The translations under genes were made by a program, and so were the position numbers. From an uncultured Acidobacteriota bacterium (GTDB taxonomy: Bacteria > Acidobacteriota > UBA6911 > RPQK01 > JAPXNP01): a DNA stretch of 64,000 nucleotides. Positions 23,335 to 34,614 of this stretch are shown one piece after another (within the stretch, counting starts at the first letter, position 1; each line of letters starts with the position of its first letter). The DNA lies in the NCBI GenBank assembly GCA_963777605.1, contig CAVZRV010000027.1:352001-416000 (forward strand), read 5' to 3'. The notes beneath the pieces were generated by a model, which was not told the origin of the DNA, ran no database searches, and worked only from the letters and a program-made list of their open reading frames with translations.

Positions 23335-23901
23335 TCAGCCCCCATTCAACTCCCGGTGGCGGAAGCACCCGACGACATGATCGTTGACCATTCCGACGGC
23401 CTGCATGAAGGCGTAGCAAATCGTCGGACCTGCGAACCGAAATCCGGCAGCCGAAAGCTCCCGGCTCATCCGTGCCGACGCGTCCGTATGGGCAGGGATC
23501 TGGCGCAAGTCGCTCCAGCAATTCTGAATCGTCCTGCCCTCAACGAACTGCCATAGAAAGGAATCGAACGAACGCTCTCGGGTCCGGAGATCCAGGTAGG
23601 CACGAGCATTTCGCACTGCGGCCGAGACTTTGGCCCGATTCCGAACAATTCCCGGGTCCTTCAACAACTCTGCGAGCTTCGCCTCGTCATAGTGGGCCAT
23701 CTTCTCCGGGTCGAATCCGTCGAACGCCCGGTAATAGCCGTCCCGCTTCTTGAGGATGGTCAGCCAGCTCAGCCCCGCCTGGGCGCCGTCAAGGATCAGT
23801 TTTGCGAACAGACGCTGGTCGTCATGCTCGGGAACGCCCCATTCCTGATCGTGATAGTCAACATACAGGGGATGATTCAGACACCACGAGCAACGTTCCA
23901 T
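23335..23901 (-). CDS. tag: DNA-3-methyladenine glycosylase I
   Basis: RCSW...YHDQEWG, QAGLSWLTIL, GIVRNRAK, GPTICYAFMQAVGMVNDH..C. Confidence 0.95.
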   Translation of the reverse strand: MERCSWCLNHPLYVDYHDQEWGVPEHDDQRLFAKLILDGAQAGLSWLTILKKRDGYYRAFDGFDPEKMAHYDEAKLAELLKDPGIVRNRAKVSAAVRNARAYLDLRTRERSFDSFLWQFVEGRTIQNCWSDLRQIPAHTDASARMSRELSAAGFRFAGPTICYAFMQAVGMVNDHVVGCFRHRELNGG

Positions 23902-23976
23902 CAGTTTTCCAGCTCACCCCCAAGACACCGCAGACGCCCGGGTCAAACTGATCAAATCACTGCCGGTCACCGGCTG

Positions 23977-26012
<2,036 letters not shown>

Positions 26013-26141
26013 TTTTCAGGGTTGGTCCTAGCTTAGCGGGAAACCCCCGGCAGTTCAATGCTTGTGGCCGAACTCCAAGCAGTCAGGCACAGCCCCTAAG
26101 GGGTGACTGCGCCTGCCAAAACAGTTCAGCCGTCGAACGGC

Positions 26142-27431
26142 CTAGGTAGCAGACTGGCCCGGGAAGAGGTCGTTCCGGATCGGCAGGGCCGCCCGCTGCT
26201 CCACCGCGTCGTAACCCATAATCGTGGCTATGGCGGCTCTCATGCCTTCGTTCCCGTCACAAAGATTGGGCCGACCATCCCGGATCGTCTGAGCAAATCC
26301 TTCCAGTTCGAGACGATAGGCACTCAGCGCATTGAATCCGGCCGACGTTCCGGCCACTGCGGTGCCGGCGGCATCGCGAACCCGGCTCGCGGAAGCCTGC
26401 ATCACCGGAGTGTCACTCTTAACCGACTCCACCTTCAACTCGGTCGGCTCGGCACCACCTTCGTAAAACAGCATGGCTTCGCTCTCGGCACTGAGCAGGA
26501 TGGTTCCCTTCGTCCCGAAAATGGCCTCGTAATAGTGGTCCCAGCCATTCGATTCGATGGACGAGTAGCTCAGCGTGAGATTGTTCGGGTATTCATATAT
26601 GAGGTAGACGTGGTCGGGAACCTCGCGGCCATCGTCGTAGCGGTAAATGCCGCCACTGCCGTATACCTTTTCCGGGACGGTGCCCGTGAACCAGTTGATG
26701 ACCTGCAACTGGTGACTGGCCAGTTCGGCCATCAACCCGAGCGAATACTTGTCGTAAAGCCGCCAATTCTTGAGTCGCTCGAGGTCGGGATATCCCCAAG
26801 GGGTCGGATCAAAATCGCTGTCGGTGGGGACGGCTCTCCGCCAATCGTTGTTGCGGTGCCAGACCGCCCGGACGTGGTAGACATCGCCAATCGAGCCGGA
26901 GTCAAACAACTGCTTTGCCTCATGGTAGAGCGGGCTGTAGGTGCGCTGATGCCCGATCTGCAGGTTCCTGCGAGCCGAACGGGATGCATCGATCATTTCC
27001 CGGCATTTGTCGATACCGATCGCCATCGTTTTCTCGCAGAAAACGTGCTTTCCCGCCTGAAGAGCGTCGATCGCCATCTTGTCATGCATCCAGAGGGGTG
27101 TGGCGATAATGATTGCTTCCAGGTCACGCCGTTCCAGCATTTCCCGGTAATCGACGTAGGCCTTGGCGTCGGGATCATGACGCTCCTGAGCGATCTTCAG
27201 TGCCCGTTCCCGATTGGGCGGAAAAATGTCGCAAACGGCCGAAATCCGGATATGGCTGGGCGGAGCATTTTCGAGAAGAACTCCCCCTTCGCCCCCGATT
27301 CCGATGATTCCCGCTCGAACCGGCGTCATCGACGAGGCCTTCCAGATCAGCGCGCCGGCCACCGGAGTCGCGGCAACCGCCTTGATGAAATTTCTCCTTC
27401 CCAGTTCCCTCTTCTCTTCGGTCAAATTCAT
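26142..27431 (-). CDS. Tat-exported Gfo/Idh/MocA oxidoreductase
   Basis: GRRNFIK twin-arginine signal with hydrophobic region; GIIGIGGEG, ATPLWMH, HVFCEK, NWRLY, GLMAELASHQ. Confidence 0.9.
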   Translation of the reverse strand: MNLTEEKRELGRRNFIKAVAATPVAGALIWKASSMTPVRAGIIGIGGEGGVLLENAPPSHIRISAVCDIFPPNRERALKIAQERHDPDAKAYVDYREMLERRDLEAIIIATPLWMHDKMAIDALQAGKHVFCEKTMAIGIDKCREMIDASRSARRNLQIGHQRTYSPLYHEAKQLFDSGSIGDVYHVRAVWHRNNDWRRAVPTDSDFDPTPWGYPDLERLKNWRLYDKYSLGLMAELASHQLQVINWFTGTVPEKVYGSGGIYRYDDGREVPDHVYLIYEYPNNLTLSYSSIESNGWDHYYEAIFGTKGTILLSAESEAMLFYEGGAEPTELKVESVKSDTPVMQASASRVRDAAGTAVAGTSAGFNALSAYRLELEGFAQTIRDGRPNLCDGNEGMRAAIATIMGYDAVEQRAALPIRNDLFPGQSAT

Positions 27432-27938
27432 TTAACGATTCCTCCACCAGTGGCGAACCAAGATATCAAGTCCCATTATATGCCCTGTGGGAAATGAGGC
27501 CACAACGACCAGCGCCAGTATCTCGATCAGGTTCTTGTCGACGTACAGTTCAGTGCCCTGCGCCGTGGAAACCACGAAACCGGCATAATCGAGGGGCGGC
27601 ATTGCCGCGTAGATCATACCGAGAAGCAGGATGCCGCAGATGGCGGCCGTCCGCGTGAACAACCCGACCATCAAGCAAAGACCCAACAACATCAGGCCGA
27701 GAATCATCGCGTAATTGGCGATCGTCAGCATCCAGGGGGTCTGCGCGATCATCTTGAAGGGGCCCCAACTGGCGTTGAGATAGCCTCCCGCACTCCAATA
27801 TGAAGAAATGATCTTTCCAAAGCCCTGATAAAAGAAATGCCATCCGATTGAAAAGCGCAGGACTATCAGAACGAACTTCTGCCAGCCTGTCAGGGAAGAT
27901 ATCTCTCCAGCCAAAATCCCACCTCCATTAATCGACAC
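27432..27938 (-). CDS. DoxX-family membrane protein
   Basis: LRFSIGWHFFYQGFGKI, GLFTR, VDKNLIE, GLD motifs; 4 TM helices. Confidence 0.85.
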   Translation of the reverse strand: MSINGGGILAGEISSLTGWQKFVLIVLRFSIGWHFFYQGFGKIISSYWSAGGYLNASWGPFKMIAQTPWMLTIANYAMILGLMLLGLCLMVGLFTRTAAICGILLLGMIYAAMPPLDYAGFVVSTAQGTELYVDKNLIEILALVVVASFPTGHIMGLDILVRHWWRNR

Positions 27939-28962
27939 TCACTTTTTCAATGCAGCGCGCGGCACAGCCAAAACTGATAATCTCCACTCGATCCCCTTCC
28001 CCGGACGCGCGCGCCACGACAGCACCCACATCCGGATGAGAACCGCAGTATCGCTCAATCTCATCCAGCGTCATCACAAAGAAGGCTGTGGCCAAACCAT
28101 CGGCGGTGGCCGCGTCAGGAGCGAGAGCGGTTGTACTCAAGTGATGCATGACCGGCTCTCCCGACCGAGGATCAATGATATGTCCGTAGCGCCGTCCATC
28201 CACCTCGAAGTACTGCTCTTCAATTCCCGACGTCGCCATTCCCAGGTTCTCGAGCCGGAGCGTGAGCAGGTTCGACTCGAGACGGATCGGATGCCTTACC
28301 CCGACACGCCAACCCGCGCCGTCATGGGAAGGATGCCCGCAGGCCAGCACGCTGCTGCTGCCGGCGTTCAAAAGCACCCTTTCAAATCCGGCATTCTGAA
28401 GCATGCTGCCGGCCCGATCAAGTGCGAATCCCTTCCCGATGCTGCCGAGGTTGAGTTCCACTCCCGGACGGTCGAGCGAGGCGCAGCGACTCGAATCATC
28501 CAGGACGACCAAGTGGAAGCCGCTTCGGTGCCGGGCTCCGTCCAGTTCGTCGGGCGGCGGAGGCTGACCCTGCCGGCGGTGGAACCCCCAGCACCTCCAA
28601 AGGCTCCCGGCAGCCGCATCAAAAGCTCCTCCGGTTTCTTCCCAAAGTTCGCGGCAACGGGTCAGGAGCCCGAAAAGCTCCGGTTCGACCGGAATCGGGC
28701 ACTCCGCCCCATCCCGATTGATCTGTGTGATTCGGCTGACCGGATCGAAGTAGCTCATCAGGCCTTCCAGCCGGCGGACTTCGTCAAGAGCGCGTTGCAC
28801 GTCTTCGATCTGGGGACGGTACTCGGGCGGGAAAACGACTTCGATCCGGCCACCCATGGCGTTCCGCCCGAGTTTGAGCAGGTAGAGATCGGGGGCCGGC
28901 GCTGCCGGTTTTCCGAGGCGGAAGAAATCTCGGCGACTCCTGAAGTCTCTAGTACGTGTCAA
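27928..28962 (-). CDS. apbE: FAD:protein FMN transferase (ApbE family)
   Basis: AMG, GAFD, LNLGSIGKGFALD, ATSG, HIIDPRSG, ADGLATA. Confidence 0.92.
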   Translation of the reverse strand: MTRTRDFRSRRDFFRLGKPAAPAPDLYLLKLGRNAMGGRIEVVFPPEYRPQIEDVQRALDEVRRLEGLMSYFDPVSRITQINRDGAECPIPVEPELFGLLTRCRELWEETGGAFDAAAGSLWRCWGFHRRQGQPPPPDELDGARHRSGFHLVVLDDSSRCASLDRPGVELNLGSIGKGFALDRAGSMLQNAGFERVLLNAGSSSVLACGHPSHDGAGWRVGVRHPIRLESNLLTLRLENLGMATSGIEEQYFEVDGRRYGHIIDPRSGEPVMHHLSTTALAPDAATADGLATAFFVMTLDEIERYCGSHPDVGAVVARASGEGDRVEIISFGCAARCIEKVSVD

Positions 28963-29176
28963 CTCTTACAGCTTAGCATCCCAGGCAGAAGTTTGAGGTT
29001 CCGAGCTTTCGGGTTTCGGGGTGAGACACCCTCGTCCCCGATTGTCACCCAACCAAGACCTTCGTCCAGCTTGGTACGCCGTTCCGGGATTTAGGGGATG
29101 GATGCTCCATTTCCAAATTGCGAGTCATACTTCTTCCAATCTGTTCGGTCCCGGCGACTTCGGTTAAGATTCGGGC

Positions 29177-30691
29177 ATGATCTACCTGGGAATCGACTGC
29201 GGCACTCAGAGTCTGAAAATCCTCGCCTGGTCTCCGGACCGGGGAGACCTCGCCTCCGCCTCCCGGAAATACCCATTGATCCAGGGACTTCCCGCCGGTC
29301 ACAAAGAGCAACATCCCGATGAGTGGACCCGGGCTCTTGACGAGTGCATGCGGGAACTTGAGGCTCAGGTGCCATTCGAAAAGGTTGCGGCGATCGGTGT
29401 CTCGGGGCAGCAGCACGGGCTGGTCGTCCTGGATGGAACCGATCGGGTAATTCGGCCGGCGAAGCTTTGGAACGACACCAGTACCCAGGCTCAATGCGAC
29501 GAGATCGTAGAACGTTGCGGAGGGATCGAGGCCTACCGCAACGAGATCGGCAACAGTCTTCCGCCTGGATTTACCGCTTCCAAGCTTCTCTGGCTGAAGC
29601 AGCACGAACCGGAGAGCTACCGCAGGATACGCCAGTTCTTCCTGCCCCATGACTACCTGAACTTCCACCTCACCGGCGAGCGTGTGGCCGAATACGGCGA
29701 TGCCTCCGGTTCAGGCTATTTCAGGGTGCGGGAACGGAAGTGGTCTGAAAAAGTCCTGCTGGCAATCGACGAAAGCGGATTCCTCCTGGAAAGTTTGGCT
29801 CCCCTCATTCCATCTTCGGTGTGCGCCGGGCTGCTGCGCGCGAGCCTCTCCGAACAATGGGGGCTCCCTTCCGGTGTCAAAGTCAGTTCTGGTGGCGGCG
29901 ACAACATGATGGGTGCGATCGGATCGGGAAACGTCTGGCCGGGCGTAATAACGGTCAGCCTGGGCACGTCGGGGACGCTCTATTCTTACAGTGAGTCCCC
30001 GGTCGTGGACCCGGCCGGTGAGATCGCCGCATTTTGCGATTCGACCGGCGGATGGCTTCCGCTCGGCTGCACCATGAACGTCACGGTAGCCACGGAGATG
30101 GTCCGGCGGTCGATCCTCGATGCGGACTTCGACGGCCTGGAACTGGCGATAAAGTCCGTGCCTGCCGGCTCGGATGGGCTGCTCCTGATTCCCTTTCTCG
30201 AAGGAGAGCGGATGCCGTCGGTCCCGGATGGAACCGGTGTCTATCTCGGAATTCGTCCCGCCACCTGCACTCCGGGCCACCTGGCCCGGGCCGCCATGGA
30301 GGGAGTGACCCTTGGCCTTCGCTACGGGCTCGAGCGCATGCGGGAACTGGGTTTGGAAACCCGGGAACTCCGGCTGATCGGCGGGGGCGCACGAAGTTCG
30401 GTCTGGAGACAGATGATCGCTGACACCTTCGGACTGGTGGTCGGTTCGCCGGTTAGCGCCGAAGGCCCGGCTCTCGGGGCCGCCATTCAGGCGATGTGGG
30501 CCGACTGCGGGGGCGACATCCGGACACTGGCCGAGGACCACGTCCGCATCGATCCCGAAACCCGCCACGAGCCCGACCCGGGGGAGTCGGCCAAGTACGA
30601 GGAACTCTTCGACTTCTACCAGTCGGTCAGTCGATCACTGATCGATGGCCCCGTGTTCCATCTACACCGCAAACACGTGAGAACGTCTTGA
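29177..30691 (+). CDS. xylB: Xylulokinase (FGGY family)
   Basis: LGIDCGTQS, GVSGQQHG, LWNDT, FTASKLLW, GGGDN, SLGTSG, PFLEGER. Confidence 0.88.
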   Translation: MIYLGIDCGTQSLKILAWSPDRGDLASASRKYPLIQGLPAGHKEQHPDEWTRALDECMRELEAQVPFEKVAAIGVSGQQHGLVVLDGTDRVIRPAKLWNDTSTQAQCDEIVERCGGIEAYRNEIGNSLPPGFTASKLLWLKQHEPESYRRIRQFFLPHDYLNFHLTGERVAEYGDASGSGYFRVRERKWSEKVLLAIDESGFLLESLAPLIPSSVCAGLLRASLSEQWGLPSGVKVSSGGGDNMMGAIGSGNVWPGVITVSLGTSGTLYSYSESPVVDPAGEIAAFCDSTGGWLPLGCTMNVTVATEMVRRSILDADFDGLELAIKSVPAGSDGLLLIPFLEGERMPSVPDGTGVYLGIRPATCTPGHLARAAMEGVTLGLRYGLERMRELGLETRELRLIGGGARSSVWRQMIADTFGLVVGSPVSAEGPALGAAIQAMWADCGGDIRTLAEDHVRIDPETRHEPDPGESAKYEELFDFYQSVSRSLIDGPVFHLHRKHVRTS

Positions 30692-31039
30692 TTTGAGATC
30701 GAAGGTTCCCGATCTTCAAGATCACAAATCACAGGGTGTGTTACCCAAGCTCGGAGGGAGAATCATCCTCCCTGGATTCTCTCCGCATCCTTTCTCCCGT
30801 GCGGTCGTTTCGCTTCCCCTCCCTCGAAACTGCGCCTTTTCCACTTTCTGCACGCGGTCTCTTCGCACTTTTTCCCCGCACGTTCGTTACTATTAAATGG
30901 GGTTAGGGGTTTGGCCTCCGCCAGAGGCTTTGCCCGGGGGTTTCGTGCGCCCGCCGACGGATTGGACACCGAGAGACGGGGCAGATTTGGCTCCAGTGGC
31001 GATTTCGGCAACACGCCCCTCAAATCACGAATCGCAGAT

Positions 31040-32776
31040 TCATTCAATTGTTTCCGGCCCGATGCCCTTTTCTTCGTCGATCACGTAGTGACGGTCTGCC
31101 GAGACGTCGGAGAAACGCTGGATCGTGCCACTCGGCCAGATCACCTCGATCGAGTCGATCTTGTCTGCCGAGCCCAATCCGAAATGTGCCCGTGGATCGC
31201 TGACCGCGTATATCCCGACTGTACGCTTGATCTCCCAGACCTGTCTGAGTCCGGCCGCCGTCAGGTTGATCCTCGTACCGATGCCGTCACGGTTGCTCTT
31301 CCTGCCGACCGTCCGGAACATGGCCCAGTGGTTGCCGCCTTTCTGATCGCAACGGAAAAGTGAAGGGGATCCATTCATGTTGGCAACCACAAAATCGATG
31401 TCCCCGTCATTGTCGAAATCAGCAAAAGCGGCCGCCCGGCTAACCTCCGGTTCCTGAACCGCCGGGCCAACCAATTTCCCCACGTCGCTGAAAGTCCCAT
31501 TCCGCTCGTTGCGGTAGAGACTCTTCGGCTGGGCGTAGGACTCGTTGAGCGCCGCCTTGATCAGGTACGGGTAGACGTGCCCGTTCGAGTGGATGATGTC
31601 TTTCCAGCCGTCCAGGTCGAAGTCGACAAACCGGGTTCCCCAACTGACGAGCAGCCATTCGGGCCCGGCAATTTTGGCCGAAGAAGTGACGTCTTCGAAA
31701 AGCAGGCTTCCCTTGTTGAGGTACAGGGTGCTGTATTCGAGGGCGAAGTGGGTCATGAAGACATCGAGTTGACCGTCGTTGTCGTAGTCCGCGGCGTCGA
31801 TCCCCATGCTCGCCTGTTCGAGCCCGTCGGCATTGAGCGCCAGGCCGCTCATGAAACCCATCTCGTCGAAGGTGCCATTCCCCCGGTTGACAAAGACAAG
31901 ATTGGGAGTGGCATCATCGGCGACCACGATGTCCAGGTCGCGGTCGTTGTCCAGGTCGGCCATCACGCAACCCAACCCGTCGTACGAACCGACCGCGCCG
32001 ACTCCACTCAACTCCGTAACATCGCTGAAGGTACCGTCTCCGTTGTTTCTGTAGAGAACGTCGGGAGCATTCTTGATGCCCTTGGCGATGGGTCCGCACA
32101 ACACCATGTTGCCCCGGTGGCCGCACCGCGGTTCCGGCAGGTTCTTGAAGTCGAGAACGAGGTAGTTTGCCACGTAAAGATCGAGATCACCGTCCCCGTC
32201 AATGTCGCCGAACGCTGCGGACGTGCTCCAGCGGTCATTCCCGACACCCGCTGCCCGCGTTACTTCCGTGAACGTGCCGTCGCCGTTGTTGCGATATAGA
32301 ATGTTCGGTCCGAGGCAGGTCAGGTAGAGATCGACATCACCGTCGTTGTCATAGTCACCCGCGCTGACCCCCATACCCCAGGCATTGCGAGTTAATCCGG
32401 CGGCATCGGTGACGTCGGTAAAGGTCCCGTTTCGATTGTTGCGGAAGAGAGCGCCGTGCAGTTTCTCACCGTCCGGATACTGGCTCATCAGCGCCCCCTG
32501 CACCACGTAGATGTCCTGCCAGCCGTCACCGTCATAGTCCAGGAACCCGATTCCGCCCCCCTTCGCCTCGGGAATGTATTCCTTGTGGTCGGGAGATCCA
32601 TTGACGTGGTGGAAGTTGAGGCCGGCCCGGTCAACCCGGGCAAACACCGGCAGTGGAGCATCAAGGGAAGCGCCACTGAATCCCCAAACCGGAAGCGCCA
32701 ACAAAAAGACGATTCCCAAACCGGCCCGATGGGACCCGGCCGACATTTCCCACCTATTCCAGCGGTCACCCATCAC
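31040..32776 (-). CDS. CRTAC1-family FG-GAP repeat protein with ASPIC/UnbV domain
   Basis: Many DxDxDGxxD repeats (DYDGDGWQD, DYDNDGDVD, DFDNDGDID); C-terminal SNRDGIG...HFGLG...WPSG; GTGA overlap with upstream gene. Confidence 0.92.
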   Translation of the reverse strand: MMGDRWNRWEMSAGSHRAGLGIVFLLALPVWGFSGASLDAPLPVFARVDRAGLNFHHVNGSPDHKEYIPEAKGGGIGFLDYDGDGWQDIYVVQGALMSQYPDGEKLHGALFRNNRNGTFTDVTDAAGLTRNAWGMGVSAGDYDNDGDVDLYLTCLGPNILYRNNGDGTFTEVTRAAGVGNDRWSTSAAFGDIDGDGDLDLYVANYLVLDFKNLPEPRCGHRGNMVLCGPIAKGIKNAPDVLYRNNGDGTFSDVTELSGVGAVGSYDGLGCVMADLDNDRDLDIVVADDATPNLVFVNRGNGTFDEMGFMSGLALNADGLEQASMGIDAADYDNDGQLDVFMTHFALEYSTLYLNKGSLLFEDVTSSAKIAGPEWLLVSWGTRFVDFDLDGWKDIIHSNGHVYPYLIKAALNESYAQPKSLYRNERNGTFSDVGKLVGPAVQEPEVSRAAAFADFDNDGDIDFVVANMNGSPSLFRCDQKGGNHWAMFRTVGRKSNRDGIGTRINLTAAGLRQVWEIKRTVGIYAVSDPRAHFGLGSADKIDSIEVIWPSGTIQRFSDVSADRHYVIDEEKGIGPETIE

Positions 32777-34614
32777 TGAAAGCTCTCCTTCTCCAGCGTC
32801 CCGTCCCGATCGATGACGTAGTGTTGATCAACCGCAACGTTCTCGAAGCTGGAGACCGAGCCGTCCAACCATCGGACTTCAACCCGATCTACGCTGGTTG
32901 CCGAAGCGACACCGAAGTGCACCCTCGGGTCACTGGCCGAGTAAATCCCGACAGCGCGCCGGACCTCACGAACCTGCCTGAGTCCCCCCACGGTGACCGT
33001 CACCCGAGCTCCGATCGTTTCCCGCTTCGAAGCCGCGTCCGTGACCTTGAACATGACCCAGTGATTGGAGTCGGTCCGATCGTTTCGAAGAAGCCGGGGA
33101 GACTCGTTAAGGTTCGCGACCAGGATGTCCACATCCCCATCGTTGTCCACGTCCCCAAAAGCGGCTCCCCGGCTCACCTCCTCCTTGACAAAGTCCGGCC
33201 CGGCCGCACTGCTCACATCGAGGAAGGTCCCATCCTTCTGGTTCAGGTAGAGAGTGGCCGGCTGGCGATACGCCTCCTTGCTGTCCCCCTCCAGCAGGAA
33301 TGGATAGACGTGCCCGTTGACGTGAATCAGGTCCTTCCAGCCGTCGTTGTCGACGTCAACAAAAGCGGTGCTCCAGCTGACCAGGGCCCACTCGGAAGCC
33401 TGGATCCGGGCTTCGCCAGTAACGTCTTTGAACACCAGGTCGCCCAGGTTGTGATAGAGAGTGCTGAAATCGCTGGCAAAGTGGGTCACGAACACGTCCA
33501 GGAGCCCGTCGTTGTCGTAATCAGATGCATCGATCCCCATGCTGGCCTGCATGGCGCCGTCTCCGCTGACTGCGAGACCGCCCAGGAATCCCATCTCCTC
33601 GAAATGCCCCCGGCCGTCGTTGACGAACAGGAGATTAGGCGTGGCATCATCGGCCACATACAGGTCGAGGTCCCCGTCATTGTCGAGGTCCGCCCAGACG
33701 ACTCCCAACCCGAAATAGTGTTCGGAATCCGCGGCTCCCACTTCCCGGGAGACTTCCTGAAACGTCCCGTCCCCGTTGTTGCGATAGAAGGAGTCCTCCG
33801 CACCCGGAAGCCCCCGCGGACCGCACATCACGCGCCTTCCCAGGTACGTACAGACATCACTGGAAGGCGGCAATTTCTCAACCCCGACGTCGAGGTAGTT
33901 GGCGACGTAGAGATCCAGATCCCCATCCTTGTCATAGTCGGCAAAAGCAGCGGAGGTGCTCCAGTGGGGGTCACCGACTCCACTTCTGGCCGTGACGTCC
34001 GTGAAGGTCCCGTCTCCGTTGTTGCGATACAGGACGTTGGGGCCCAGTTGCGTGATGTAGATGTCGATGAACCCGTCGTTGTCGTAGTCTCCGAAGGTGA
34101 CGCCCATCCCCCATCGGGCATAGGAGAGACCGGCCGCTTCGGTGACGTCTTCGAAGGTGCCGTTGCCCCGGTTGTGGAAGAGGCGACTGGGCTGATTTTC
34201 AGGCGTCCCCACCAGATCGAGTCGGGACCCCTGAACCGCCAGGGCGTCGAGCCAGCCGTCATTGTCGTAGTCGAACAGCCCAATGCCCCCGCCTTTCGAC
34301 TCGAAAATGTAATCCTTGCGGTCAGCCCGCCCGCTGATGTGCTTGAAACGAATCCCCGAGTCACCGGTTACGTCAACGAAGTGGGGGATCCCCCGGACTT
34401 CTGCGTGAACCGCCCCTAAGGATGTCAGCACTGCGATCACGACAAACGCGCTGAGCGGAGTGATGTAACCGAAGAGCGAACCATTCTTCGGGGCCACGAC
34501 GCCGGCGTCGCCCACTTCCCTTCCCCAACGCCGAGGTTTCGGCTCTTCCAATGCCAACAACTCCAGGTCCTGAGATAGAACGGAATGCCAGCGCTCTAAA
34601 CGGGACTTCTTCAT
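32773..34614 (-). CDS. CRTAC1-family FG-GAP repeat protein with ASPIC/UnbV domain (paralog)
   Basis: Same architecture (DYDNDGWLD, DLDNDGDLD, DPRVHFG); ATGA overlap with the GTPase stop. The start codon is uncertain. Confidence 0.9.
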   Translation of the reverse strand: MKKSRLERWHSVLSQDLELLALEEPKPRRWGREVGDAGVVAPKNGSLFGYITPLSAFVVIAVLTSLGAVHAEVRGIPHFVDVTGDSGIRFKHISGRADRKDYIFESKGGGIGLFDYDNDGWLDALAVQGSRLDLVGTPENQPSRLFHNRGNGTFEDVTEAAGLSYARWGMGVTFGDYDNDGFIDIYITQLGPNVLYRNNGDGTFTDVTARSGVGDPHWSTSAAFADYDKDGDLDLYVANYLDVGVEKLPPSSDVCTYLGRRVMCGPRGLPGAEDSFYRNNGDGTFQEVSREVGAADSEHYFGLGVVWADLDNDGDLDLYVADDATPNLLFVNDGRGHFEEMGFLGGLAVSGDGAMQASMGIDASDYDNDGLLDVFVTHFASDFSTLYHNLGDLVFKDVTGEARIQASEWALVSWSTAFVDVDNDGWKDLIHVNGHVYPFLLEGDSKEAYRQPATLYLNQKDGTFLDVSSAAGPDFVKEEVSRGAAFGDVDNDGDVDILVANLNESPRLLRNDRTDSNHWVMFKVTDAASKRETIGARVTVTVGGLRQVREVRRAVGIYSASDPRVHFGVASATSVDRVEVRWLDGSVSSFENVAVDQHYVIDRDGTLEKESFQ

